32,000 nt of DNA from Clostridia bacterium (GCA_017623615.1 JAGAOT010000014.1:78958-110957); one strand, 5' to 3'. Positions 18,260-27,274 are shown, numbered from the stretch's first letter. The notes: generated by a model not told the origin, from the sequence alone. Program-made: numbers and translations.

Positions 18260-18781
18260 TTGAAAAGAGCTTTTTCAATCCTTGCCGCGCTGATTTTTCT
18301 TTTGGCGGCGGGATGTGAAAAACAAGGGATTAACGAAACCGCTCCCCCTGCCGCACCGACTGCATTCACGGCAAATTTAAACGTTACATTCGGGGACACG
18401 GAAATGACCGCAAAGCTGACGCAAAACTCACCCGACAGCTTTGAAATCCAAATACTTTCTCCCGAAATACTCAGCTCTCTCGCGCTTGCTTATGCAAACG
18501 GAACTTGTACGGTCACATATGACGGGCTGAAATTTGAAACGGATTTAACAAGATTTCCGCAGGCGGAGTTCGGCGCGCTCGTCACACAGACTCTTGCGGA
18601 CATTGCGCAGGATATGAACATTCAAAAAACATATTCCGAGGGAGTCTGGACATATAAAGGCGCGGGAGAACGGGGCACCTTTTCGCTCACGCAAAGCGCA
18701 GAAACGGGTGCATGGCTCGAGCTGACCGTTGACGGCGCGGATTTGCATGTTGTTTTCAGCGATGTTGCTCTGACACAATAA
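18260..18781 (+). CDS. Putative lipoprotein of unknown function
   Basis: TTG start after AGGTGA. Signal peptide with lipobox LLAAGC (MKRAFSILAALIFLLAAGCEKQ). Confidence 0.7.
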   Translation: MKRAFSILAALIFLLAAGCEKQGINETAPPAAPTAFTANLNVTFGDTEMTAKLTQNSPDSFEIQILSPEILSSLALAYANGTCTVTYDGLKFETDLTRFPQAEFGALVTQTLADIAQDMNIQKTYSEGVWTYKGAGERGTFSLTQSAETGAWLELTVDGADLHVVFSDVALTQ

Positions 18782-18782
18782 C

Positions 18783-18820
18783 AAAGACGGCTTAAGCGTA
18801 AAATTGCTTAAGCCGTCTTT
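18783..18820. terminator. Bidirectional intrinsic terminator
   Basis: 15-bp perfect stem AAAGACGGCTTAAGC / GCTTAAGCCGTCTTT with an 8-nt loop, between convergent genes. Confidence 0.85.
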
Positions 18821-18830
18821 TCTGTTAAAA

Positions 18831-20930
18831 TTAAAGTTCTATCTTTTCACATACACTGCCCGTAAGCGCATTGCTCACATTATCGGGCTGATGACCGCCG
18901 ACATAAAGAGTGAGTTTTCCGTCGGGGTCAACTCTGCTGCCGTCATCAAGAACAGCCTTGAGCCAGTAGCGGTCAATTTCAAGGATTATGTTTGCTTTTT
19001 CGCCCGCATCAAGCTCAACAGCCTTAACGGCGCAAAGCTGATAGTGCGGCGTGGGAGTTCTGCTGTCGGTAAACGATGCATAAACCTGCACTCTTTCAAT
19101 GCCCTTCATGCCGCCGATGTTTGCAACATCAACGCTGACGGTGAGAGTATCATCCGTTTCGCCGATGAGCTTTGCGTTTTCATAAGCAAATTCGGTATAT
19201 GAAAGACCGTAGCCGAAGGGATAGAGAGCATCGCCGTTAATATATCTGTATGTTCTGCCGCTCATGTCATAATCTTCAAAATTGGGCATGTCGTGGTCGC
19301 CTCTGTAAAGAGTTACGGGCAGCTTGCCGCCGAAGCATGCTTCGCCCGAAAGGAGATTTGCAAGCGCAAGACCGCCGAGAGAGCCAGGATACCATGCGTG
19401 GATAATTGCCTTTGCGTGGTTTCTGACCTTTTCGCCAACGTCAATGGAGCTGCCGCACATAAGAACAACAACAACATTGTCGCAAACGTCGCAAACAGCA
19501 TCCGCAAGCTTCTGCTGGGTAGCGGGCAAATAGAGAGTTCTCTTGTCGCCGCAGGCTGTGTAATCATCGTCAAAGCCGGTGTCCTCACCCTCAACGGAGC
19601 AGTCAAGACCGAGTACAAGAATTGTTATATCAGCTTCAGAGGCGGCGGCAAGACCGTCGCTGAGCATGTTCATAAAGCCGCTCCAATGGTTGGGCTGCTC
19701 CGCGCAGTAGTTGGAGCCCCTTTCAACGGTTATATCTGCATTTTTGAACACTCTGCGAATGCCGTCGGCAACGGTTACATATTCGGAAGCGTAGCCGTTG
19801 TAGTTGCCTTCAAGCGCGGTGACGGACTGGGAGTTGGGGCCGACAACCGCAATTCTCTTTGAGCAGTCTTTATTGAGAGGCAGGAACGAATCCTCGTTTT
19901 TGAGCAGAACAATGCATTGCTCTGCCGTCTTGAGGTTAAGCTCCTTATGCTCCTTGCAGTCAAGCTTGCTGTACGGAATATCGGAATAGGGTCTGACCTC
20001 TTCAAATTCGCCGAGAAGATGGCGGATTGTATAAACTCTTTCGGCTGCTGCGGTGATTTCTTCCTCTGTTATCAAATCCTGCTCATATGCATCAATGAGA
20101 GCATCGTATGTTTCGCCGCAGTTTAAGTCGCAGGTGCTCTTAAGAGCAACGGCAGCCGCCTCTGCCTTTGTTTCGGTGAAGTGGTGGTCTTTGTAGATAT
20201 CGGCAAGCGCGCCGCAGTCCGAAACAATGTAGCCGTCAAAGCCCCAATTCTTGCGCAAAACCTCATTGAGAAGATAGGAGTGAGCGCAGCAAGGCTCGCC
20301 GTTTGTGCGGTTATATGCGCCCATAACTCCCGCAACGCCGGATTTTACCGTCTTTTCAAACGCGGGAAGATATGTTTCATAAAGGTCATGCAGGCTTGTT
20401 TTTGCATCAAAGCCATGCCTTGTTTTTTCGGGACCGGAATGAACGGCAAAATGCTTGGAGCATGCAGCCGCCTTGAGAAATTCGCCGTCGCCCTGAATGC
20501 CCTTGATGAATGCCTGACCGAGAACGGAGGTCAAAAACGGGTCTTCGCCAAAGGTTTCCTGGCCTCTGCCCCAACGCGGGTCACGGAAAATATTAATGTT
20601 GGGTGCCCAGAAGGTGAGACCTTTGAAAATATCGTAATCCTTAAACTGAACATGCTTGTTATACTTTGCTCTGCCCTCGGTTGAGATAACGTCCGCCACC
20701 TCGCCGATAAGTTCGGGGTCAAAGGTTGCCGCCATTGCAATGGCATGGGGGAAAACTGTTGCCGTGCCCGCTCTTGCAACGCCGTGAGAGCCCTCGTTCC
20801 ACCAGTTATATTCGCAAATTCCAAGCCTTTCAATCGCAGGCGAATTATAGAGAAGCTGCGAAATTTTTTCTTCAACCGTCATTTGCGCAACAAGAGCCTT
20901 TGCTCGTTGCCTTGCTTCGTTCTTTGTCAT
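18831..20930 (-). CDS. GH3 glycoside hydrolase (beta-glucosidase/beta-xylosidase type)
   Basis: 699 aa. GH3 N-terminal domain text (KHFAVHSGPE, GYIVSDCGA around the nucleophile Asp) followed by the C-terminal sandwich and FnIII-like region. Confidence 0.85.
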   Translation of the reverse strand: MTKNEARQRAKALVAQMTVEEKISQLLYNSPAIERLGICEYNWWNEGSHGVARAGTATVFPHAIAMAATFDPELIGEVADVISTEGRAKYNKHVQFKDYDIFKGLTFWAPNINIFRDPRWGRGQETFGEDPFLTSVLGQAFIKGIQGDGEFLKAAACSKHFAVHSGPEKTRHGFDAKTSLHDLYETYLPAFEKTVKSGVAGVMGAYNRTNGEPCCAHSYLLNEVLRKNWGFDGYIVSDCGALADIYKDHHFTETKAEAAAVALKSTCDLNCGETYDALIDAYEQDLITEEEITAAAERVYTIRHLLGEFEEVRPYSDIPYSKLDCKEHKELNLKTAEQCIVLLKNEDSFLPLNKDCSKRIAVVGPNSQSVTALEGNYNGYASEYVTVADGIRRVFKNADITVERGSNYCAEQPNHWSGFMNMLSDGLAAASEADITILVLGLDCSVEGEDTGFDDDYTACGDKRTLYLPATQQKLADAVCDVCDNVVVVLMCGSSIDVGEKVRNHAKAIIHAWYPGSLGGLALANLLSGEACFGGKLPVTLYRGDHDMPNFEDYDMSGRTYRYINGDALYPFGYGLSYTEFAYENAKLIGETDDTLTVSVDVANIGGMKGIERVQVYASFTDSRTPTPHYQLCAVKAVELDAGEKANIILEIDRYWLKAVLDDGSRVDPDGKLTLYVGGHQPDNVSNALTGSVCEKIEL

Positions 20931-20940
20931 AAAAATCTCC

Positions 20941-22020
20941 TTAAATCACTATATTTTCAATTACTGACAGAGCCTCGGAATAATCCTTTCCGGATTTAAA
21001 GCGGCTCACTCTTTTGAGAATCTGGCTGTAAAACCTTTGCTCGTTTTCGGATTCTTTTGCTTCCGTTTCTTCTTTGTATTCAAGGCTTTTGCGTTTGAGC
21101 GCAAGCAAAAACTCCTCTTTTGTATATACTTTCAGCCTTTCAACATCAAGCTCAGCGGCAAGCTCTTCAAGCTGTTCAAGCGTATCCGAGCCGAACTCCT
21201 CCGCCATTTTTCTGAAAGTGTTGCCCTCAAAATAATAGCGGATTCCCGAAATCCTGCCGAAGGCTTTCATTGTGTCAAGATAGCCCATTTTCAAGCGCAG
21301 ATTAAACATTTCTTCGCTGAAATCAAACGCCGCACCCAATTCATCGATATCATAGGGGCGGATATAAACAAACTCGGTGCACGCCATATCATTTCTGTGA
21401 CCGAAGCCCTTCATTGAAGAAATGTCAACAACTATCATGCGGTTGTAGCCGTTTTTGTGAAGCATTCCCATAGGAGCATTGTCATAAACTCCGCCATCGA
21501 GATATCTTTCACCCTCGGGACCGATTTTGCTCACACCGGGCACCTTCGAGGAAGCCAAAAGATAATCAAGAAGCTGACCCTCGGGAATTTTATCAATAAA
21601 AATTTCAAGCGGCATGAATTCGGAAAGCAGAAAAGTGACCATTCCGAATTTGACCTTGGATTTTCTGACCTTTTCTTCGTCTATAAACTGCTCCAGCAAT
21701 TCCTTGGTGGGTGAAGCGTCAATGCCGCCGTTTTTTACAATTTCTTTGAACAGAGCGGGAATGTTTCTAAAGCTGAAAAGGTTTTCGGGGTCGCGCAATT
21801 CCTCTGTGATGTTAACACCCTTATCCACCGATGCACTTTTCCAAAGCTTGACGGCATCATCAAAGCAATCCGATGCTATAAGTGCGCCGTTAATCGAGCC
21901 TATCGAAACACCCGCAACAGCAGAAAATCTAATTCCAAGCTCACGCATGGCGCTCCACGCGCCAAGCTGATAGATACCCTTTGCTCCGCCGCCCGCAAGA
22001 ACAAGACCGTATTCTTTCAA
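20941..22020 (-). CDS. Patatin-like phospholipase
   Basis: Oxyanion GGGAKG, nucleophile elbow GVSIGS (GxSxG), and the catalytic Asp motif DGGVYDN. TTG start after GGAGGAG. Confidence 0.85.
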   Translation of the reverse strand: MKEYGLVLAGGGAKGIYQLGAWSAMRELGIRFSAVAGVSIGSINGALIASDCFDDAVKLWKSASVDKGVNITEELRDPENLFSFRNIPALFKEIVKNGGIDASPTKELLEQFIDEEKVRKSKVKFGMVTFLLSEFMPLEIFIDKIPEGQLLDYLLASSKVPGVSKIGPEGERYLDGGVYDNAPMGMLHKNGYNRMIVVDISSMKGFGHRNDMACTEFVYIRPYDIDELGAAFDFSEEMFNLRLKMGYLDTMKAFGRISGIRYYFEGNTFRKMAEEFGSDTLEQLEELAAELDVERLKVYTKEEFLLALKRKSLEYKEETEAKESENEQRFYSQILKRVSRFKSGKDYSEALSVIENIVI

Positions 22021-22096
22021 CGAAATCTCCTCCGATAAACATATGGTTATATTTTAACATATTCAGCATCGTTTTCAATAGCAAAATTAAAATCTG

Positions 22097-22125
22097 TTGA
22101 CAATATTTTTTTGAAGTTATATATT
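22097..22125 (+). promoter_or_regulatory. Promoter of the GH125 gene
   Basis: TTGACA (22097-22102), 17-nt spacer, TATATT (22120-22125). SD AAAGGAG precedes ATG 22155. Confidence 0.6.
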
Positions 22126-22154
22126 TTAAGATAGCAAACTGAAAGGAGCTTCAT

Positions 22155-23438
22155 ATGAACTTACCGAATTGCGTTAAAGAAAGAATGGACAAATACTGCT
22201 CCGTTATTGAAAAATACAGCCCCAAGCTTTCACAGCTTTACGGAAACTGCTATCCCAACACGCTTGAAACAGCAACGGAATTTATGCCCGACGGCTCTGT
22301 TTTTGTTTTGACGGGCGATATTCCCGCAATGTGGCTTCGCGACTCAACAGCGGAGGTTTCTCACTATATTCCGCTTGCAAAGGATAATGAGGATATCTGT
22401 GACATCATAAGAGGCGTTATCAAAAGGCAGAGAATGTATATCACTCTTGAGCCTTATGCAAACGCATACAAAAAAGAGCCCAACGACCACAGAGAGTTTG
22501 ACGACTCCCCTCTTAACCATCCCATCGTGTGGGAAAGAAAATACGAAATCGATTCGCTCTGCTACCCCGTAAGGCTTGCATATTTATATTGGAAAGCAAC
22601 GGGCGACAGTTCCGTGCTCGGTGAGGATTTTCTTGAAAGCGCGAAAATAACCGTTAACCTTTGGAGAACGGAACAGCACCATTTTGAGAAATCCCCCTAC
22701 CGTTTTTCAAGAAACAACTGCCCTTATCAAGACACGCTTCACAACAACGGCATGGGCGAGCCCGTTGAATACACGGGCATGACATGGTCGGGCTTCAGAC
22801 CCAGCGACGATGCCTGCCGCTACGGCTACCTTGTTGCCTCCAACATGTTTGCGGTTGTTGTTTTGGGATATCTTGCGGAAATGCTCAATGCCGCATATCA
22901 GGAAGAAAAAGAGCTTATCGCCGAATGCGATGCACTCAGGGCAGACATTGAAAAGGGCATTGCAGATTTTGCGGTTGTTGAACATGAGAGGCACGGCAAA
23001 ATCTACGCCTGCGAGGTTAACGGCAAGGGCGACTATTTCCTTTTTGACGATGCAAACGTGCCCAGCCTGCTTTCCGCTCCCTATCTCGGATTCTGCGATT
23101 ATGACAATGAAATCTACATGAACACGCGCAGATTTATTCTGAGCAAGGATAATCCTTATTATTATGAGGGCAAATATGCAAAGGGTGTCGGCAGCCCGCA
23201 CACACCCGAGGGCTACATTTGGCACATCGCGCTTTCAATGCAGGGCTTGACAAGCAACGACCCCGCCGAAATCCGCGAAATTCTGCACATGCTTGAAACC
23301 ACCGACGGCGGCACGGGCTATATGCACGAGGGCTTTGATGCAAATGACCCCGACACATTCACAAGAAGCTGGTTCAGCTGGTCGTGCGCACTTTTTGCGG
23401 AGCTTGTTGAAAAAGCGGTTGATAAAAAAATAATTTAA
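22155..23438 (+). CDS. GH125 (DUF1237) metal-independent exo-alpha-1,6-mannosidase
   Basis: 427 aa with the family-typical TGDIPAMWLRDS motif and length. Confidence 0.8.
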   Translation: MNLPNCVKERMDKYCSVIEKYSPKLSQLYGNCYPNTLETATEFMPDGSVFVLTGDIPAMWLRDSTAEVSHYIPLAKDNEDICDIIRGVIKRQRMYITLEPYANAYKKEPNDHREFDDSPLNHPIVWERKYEIDSLCYPVRLAYLYWKATGDSSVLGEDFLESAKITVNLWRTEQHHFEKSPYRFSRNNCPYQDTLHNNGMGEPVEYTGMTWSGFRPSDDACRYGYLVASNMFAVVVLGYLAEMLNAAYQEEKELIAECDALRADIEKGIADFAVVEHERHGKIYACEVNGKGDYFLFDDANVPSLLSAPYLGFCDYDNEIYMNTRRFILSKDNPYYYEGKYAKGVGSPHTPEGYIWHIALSMQGLTSNDPAEIREILHMLETTDGGTGYMHEGFDANDPDTFTRSWFSWSCALFAELVEKAVDKKII

Positions 23439-23456
23439 GAAAATTATAAAAAAGAC

Positions 23457-23485
23457 TTGCAAAATTCAAAACATTATGGTATTAT
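23457..23485 (+). promoter_or_regulatory. Promoter of tRNA-Thr
   Basis: TTGCAA (23457-23462), 17-nt spacer, TATTAT (23480-23485), about 40 nt upstream of the tRNA. Confidence 0.6.
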
Positions 23486-23524
23486 AACATGCGTTCGATA
23501 CGGAACATAAAAATATCATAATTT

Positions 23525-23600
<76 letters not shown>

Positions 23601-23636
23601 ATCCCTTGAAACTTAAGGTTTCAAGGGATTTTTCTT
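23601..23636 (+). terminator. Intrinsic terminator after tRNA-Thr
   Basis: 12-bp stem ATCCCTTGAAAC / GTTTCAAGGGAT with loop TTAAG, followed by a T-run. Confidence 0.8.
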
Positions 23637-23655
23637 GTGTTTTATGAAATTCATC

Positions 23656-23700
23656 AGACCGCATCCCTAAATCGCAATTTTTTAGTAAGGGATGCGGTCT
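23656..23700 (+). repeat. 13-bp perfect inverted repeat abutting the integrase start
   Basis: AGACCGCATCCCT (23656-23668) / AGGGATGCGGTCT (23688-23700) with a 19-nt loop. It ends 4 nt before ATG 23705. Confidence 0.7.
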
Positions 23701-23704
23701 AACT

Positions 23705-24637
23705 ATGAGCAGAAAAATCACTATGAACAGGACTGAAAACAAGACCTTTGAACAGGTCTTTTCAATGTTCATCACTTCAAGAACGGCAAACGGCGTTTCC
23801 GATGCAACAATCAGGAATTATCATCAGCATTTGCACAGTATTTCAAAGTATCTTGACATTAAGATGCCCTTTGATAAGCTCTCCAAAAGCACCATTGATG
23901 ATATGATTGTCGAAATGCGAAACTCCGACCTTGCCTATAATTCCATTGCAACCTATGTCAGGGTTGTAAAAACTTTTCTTACTTGGTGTAATGAGGAAGG
24001 TTTGTCTGATGTTAAAATCAAAGGTCTGAAGGAAAAGGAAACGGTAAAAGAAACTTACACCGATGAGGAGCTTGAAATCCTGTTGGCAAAACCGAAAAAG
24101 GACTGTAATTTTTGCGAATACCGTAATTGGGTTATTGTCAATTTTCTCCTCAACAGCGGATGCCGAGCGGCAACAATCAGAAACATTCAGAACAGAGATG
24201 TTGACCTTCAGCGAAAACAGGTTATCTTCCGACATAATAAGAACGGCAAAATTCAGGTTATCCCCCTTTGTTCTCTGATGTGTAATATCCTGATTGATTA
24301 CATGAAAATAAGGCAGGGCGAAGCAGAAGATTATCTTTTCTGCGACCAATACGGCAAAATGCTGACCGAGAACGGTCTCAGACTTGCCATTGAACGATAC
24401 AACAAGAAAAGAGGCGTAAGCAAAACAAGCACGCATCTGTTCCGCCACACCTTTGCCCGAAAGTATTTAGTTGACTGCGGCGGCGATGCCTTTATGCTTC
24501 AAAGGCTCTTGGGTCATAGCACTCTGAACATGACAAAGCATTACTGCACAATCTTCGATGCGGATATTTCCAAGAACTATGACAGAGTTTCTCCACTTGC
24601 TCAGATGCACCAAGAGAAAAAGAAAATAATCAAATGA
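23705..24637 (+). CDS. Tyrosine site-specific recombinase (phage-type integrase)
   Basis: 310 aa. SAM-like N-domain plus a catalytic domain carrying the R...HxxR...Y signature context (GCRAATIRN..., THLFRHTFARKY, LLGHSTLNMTKHY). Confidence 0.9.
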   Translation: MSRKITMNRTENKTFEQVFSMFITSRTANGVSDATIRNYHQHLHSISKYLDIKMPFDKLSKSTIDDMIVEMRNSDLAYNSIATYVRVVKTFLTWCNEEGLSDVKIKGLKEKETVKETYTDEELEILLAKPKKDCNFCEYRNWVIVNFLLNSGCRAATIRNIQNRDVDLQRKQVIFRHNKNGKIQVIPLCSLMCNILIDYMKIRQGEAEDYLFCDQYGKMLTENGLRLAIERYNKKRGVSKTSTHLFRHTFARKYLVDCGGDAFMLQRLLGHSTLNMTKHYCTIFDADISKNYDRVSPLAQMHQEKKKIIK

Positions 24638-24644
24638 TATAAAG

Positions 24645-24691
24645 AAAGAAGCAGGAGCTTATCAGGAGCTTATCAACTTTCCTGCTTCTTT
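24645..24691. terminator. Bidirectional terminator hairpin with an 11-bp tandem duplication in the loop
   Basis: Stem AAAGAAGCAGGA (24645-24656) / TCCTGCTTCTTT (24680-24691). AGGAGCTTATC occurs twice in tandem at 24653-24674, the first copy overlapping the last 4 nt of the left stem arm. Confidence 0.7.
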
Positions 24692-24747
24692 TTAATTAGT
24701 TTGAAACAACCTTTTTGCTACATTATAAGAACTTTTTAACAACTTTT

Positions 24748-25869
24748 TTAATCGTTATACATACCTCTTATCTTATCTAAATGAGCCTTATACCCTTCAA
24801 CCACATGGTCGGGTGCAAGAACCTTTACTTTTTTACCGAATCCTGCAAGCCAACCATAAAAAGGTTCACTTATATCAACCGTTGTCATAACTGTAAAATA
24901 ATCTTTGTCGAGCTTAGAATATGACACGCCCTTTTTACCGAATCGCTCAACAACGGCATCCAAAAGGAAGTTGGGGAAACAGAGTGTGACCACTTCTGTT
25001 TTGCCTTTAAACATATTAAATGTTCTTTTTATGAGCGATTCAATATTGGTCTTTTCGTATTCTTCTTCGCCCTCTCTCGGCTCAGATGTAAAACAAACGT
25101 CTTTCATCCTGTCAACTCTATAAATTCTTATCTCTTTGTATTTATCGTCAAATCCTAAAAGATAATAATTGCCGTCATTGATAACGAGCTTATAAGGACT
25201 GACAATATATTTTTCTCCTTTTCTCTGTGCAACCTGATTGTGAAGGTCGTTTATTGAGTTTTTCATATAATGAAAACTTATCTTTTCAGGTTCGTGCGGT
25301 TCGCCGTCATAACTGACACTCATTGCTTCGTAAATAGTTTGAATGTTGTATATCAGAGCGGTGTTTGTTGTTTTGGGTCTGTCGATAACAAACGCATCCG
25401 CCTTTATTTTCTTTGCCTGATGAACACTGAGAAATTCACAGGCGGCATCAATCAATCGCTGAGCTTCAGATTCAGAAACAAATTTTGCCGAGTTAATGCA
25501 CTCAGTCATAAGGCGAATATCCTGAAGGCTGAAGTGTCGCTCAGGGATATAAAATCCTTTGGGATGTTTGTAAAGAATCAATTTTTCTTCATCGTATTTA
25601 TCGTTCGCAATTACTTTTACGGCTTCATCAATATCAGAATCGTTTTCAAGCATCCAATTAACTTCATTTATTTCTTCAATATCTTTGTATATGGAGCGGC
25701 GTTCCGCATAAATCTGACAGTTCTCCTGAAGAAAAGCCTCAATCATTTTGCCTGAAGCATAATTATCTTCATCGGTTTCTCTGAGAAGATACTGAAGAAC
25801 GATATAAGGCTTCATGCGTTGCTTCGGCTTTTTGCCGTGATGCTTGTCAGGATGCTTTTTTTTCGCCAT
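24748..25869 (-). CDS. WYL-domain transcriptional regulator (N-terminal wHTH + WYL + C-terminal extension)
   Basis: 373 aa. N-terminal HTH-like YIVLQYLLRETDEDNYASGKMIEAFL. WYL core YYLLGFDDKYKEIRIYRVDRMKDV. SD GAAGGTGA upstream. Confidence 0.75.
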   Translation of the reverse strand: MAKKKHPDKHHGKKPKQRMKPYIVLQYLLRETDEDNYASGKMIEAFLQENCQIYAERRSIYKDIEEINEVNWMLENDSDIDEAVKVIANDKYDEEKLILYKHPKGFYIPERHFSLQDIRLMTECINSAKFVSESEAQRLIDAACEFLSVHQAKKIKADAFVIDRPKTTNTALIYNIQTIYEAMSVSYDGEPHEPEKISFHYMKNSINDLHNQVAQRKGEKYIVSPYKLVINDGNYYLLGFDDKYKEIRIYRVDRMKDVCFTSEPREGEEEYEKTNIESLIKRTFNMFKGKTEVVTLCFPNFLLDAVVERFGKKGVSYSKLDKDYFTVMTTVDISEPFYGWLAGFGKKVKVLAPDHVVEGYKAHLDKIRGMYND

Positions 25870-25946
25870 AATATCACCTTCTTGTGTCTGTTGGCGATAT
25901 TATAACACGCAAAACCAAAAGTGTGAAGATGTATTTTATAAAGCAC

Positions 25947-25975
25947 TTGAAAAATTGGAATAATATTGATATAAT
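25947..25975 (+). promoter_or_regulatory. Strong promoter with extended -10
   Basis: TTGAAA (25947-25952), 17-nt spacer, TGaTATAAT (TATAAT = 25970-25975). Confidence 0.7.
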
Positions 25976-25982
25976 AAATGCA

Positions 25983-26158
25983 CCACACAAAAACCGAATA
26001 TTAACATTTATCAGGAGTCCTTTTTTGTTTTGGCAAAAATGTAGACTTCTCTTTTGGCATTTCTGATAAGTGTTAAAAGGTTTTTGTGTGGTAGCAAATC
26101 GAAGTTCTGCATTTTTCGGTGTGTGCGGCTTCGGTTGCACACACTTTTTTATTTTTTT
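25983..26158 (+). promoter_or_regulatory. Structured 5' leader ending in an intrinsic terminator (candidate attenuator/riboregulator or sRNA)
   Basis: Perfect 13-nt long-range complement CCACACAAAAACC (25983-25995) / GGTTTTTGTGTGG (26079-26091). A nested pair ACATTTATCAG / CTGATAAGTGT lies inside it. The terminator GTGTGTGC (26119-26126) / GCACACAC (26137-26144) plus a long T-tract sits immediately before SD GGAGG and ATG 26173. Confidence 0.55.
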
Positions 26159-26172
26159 GGAGGTAAAAACAA

Positions 26173-26682
26173 ATGAAAAAAGCATTGAAAACAGTCGTCA
26201 TTCTCATAGTGGTAATTGCCATAGGTTTTGTGGCAATAAAACTTATTACCACTCCCAAAAGTGCTGAAATTGGAGAAACAGTAAAATATGCAAACAATGG
26301 TGAGTTTGTAGTAAATGATATTACTGTTTATAATGATGCTCTTGAAATGTTTGCAGACGGCTATCGTTTTTCAGAAGTCAAGGATGATGAAGGCTTAATA
26401 ATGGTTGATTTCACAATGAAAAACACAGGAAAAATTGATTTTGATGTAGAGCCTAAAGTAATAGTAAATTATGACAACGGTGTTGAATTTACATCAGAAT
26501 ACTTATTTCATAAGACATCAACGGGTTCATTTGAACTGTGTCAAAATGGATTTTTATTGGAAAAAGTAACAAGCGATGCCGAAACTTTTGTCGTTGTTGT
26601 TCCTGTTCCACAGCAAGTCATTGAAAACGAAGATAAATCTCTTGAAGTGGAAGTATACTACAAGAATTATATTATTAGATAA
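26173..26682 (+). CDS. Membrane-anchored extracytoplasmic protein (DUF4352-like beta-sandwich, tentative)
   Basis: 169 aa. N-terminal TM VVILIVVIAIGFVAIKLI followed by a beta-rich domain (FVVNDITVYND...IMVDFTMKNTGKIDFDV). SD GGAGG upstream. Confidence 0.7.
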   Translation: MKKALKTVVILIVVIAIGFVAIKLITTPKSAEIGETVKYANNGEFVVNDITVYNDALEMFADGYRFSEVKDDEGLIMVDFTMKNTGKIDFDVEPKVIVNYDNGVEFTSEYLFHKTSTGSFELCQNGFLLEKVTSDAETFVVVVPVPQQVIENEDKSLEVEVYYKNYIIR

Positions 26683-26721
26683 AATATCAAAAAGATAAAC
26701 AAACAAGAGGTGTTAATTGTT

Positions 26722-27267
26722 ATGAAGAAAAAAATTGCAAATGCAGTTCAGTTGGTATTATTAATCGCATCATTTATTGTTTTAAATTCAGAAAATATTA
26801 CAGACCCCGGCAAGTTTTCTGCCATTACATTTTTAAGAGACTGGTCATCCATGCTTATCCCTATGTATGTTTTATATATACTCTGTGCCGTTATGTGCAT
26901 TATTTCCATTGTTTCAAAAAGCAAACATAAAGACGGAAAAGCTCATGGTGCTGTTGCAATATTACTATTTATTTACACAATGTTTTTCTTCTGTTTCTTT
27001 AATTCAAGTGACTATAACTGTAAGATTATTGAAACCGATTTCCCCATCGCACTTTTCAGCGGTTTACTGTTTGCAGTAATAGTCGTTGCCTTTGCAAAAC
27101 GTTCTTCACTCATTGCAGAACCAAAAGAATCAAAGCAGACGGTTGTTAACAACATTCAGGAAACAACAAATGCCGATGAATTGAAAAAGTATAAAGACCT
27201 GCTTGACAGCGGTGCAATATCACAAGAAGAATTTGATGCAAAGAAAAAGGAACTTTTGGGTTTATAA
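26722..27267 (+). CDS. Multi-pass membrane protein with C-terminal SHOCT domain
   Basis: About four TM segments, then DELKKYKDLLDSGAISQEEFDAKKKELLGL (SHOCT-type short oligomerisation motif). ATG 26722 preferred over the track GTG 26710, which overlaps the SD. Confidence 0.7.
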   Translation: MKKKIANAVQLVLLIASFIVLNSENITDPGKFSAITFLRDWSSMLIPMYVLYILCAVMCIISIVSKSKHKDGKAHGAVAILLFIYTMFFFCFFNSSDYNCKIIETDFPIALFSGLLFAVIVVAFAKRSSLIAEPKESKQTVVNNIQETTNADELKKYKDLLDSGAISQEEFDAKKKELLGL

Positions 27268-27274
27268 TATTAAC

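Noticed and set aside
25874-26185. Track ORFs 25874..26185 (-) and 25884..26066 (+) in the WYL/membrane-pair intergenic region
   Set aside because: They have no SD and overlap a consensus promoter and the structured leader and terminator. Their translations are Lys/Phe-rich, typical of AT-rich non-coding DNA.
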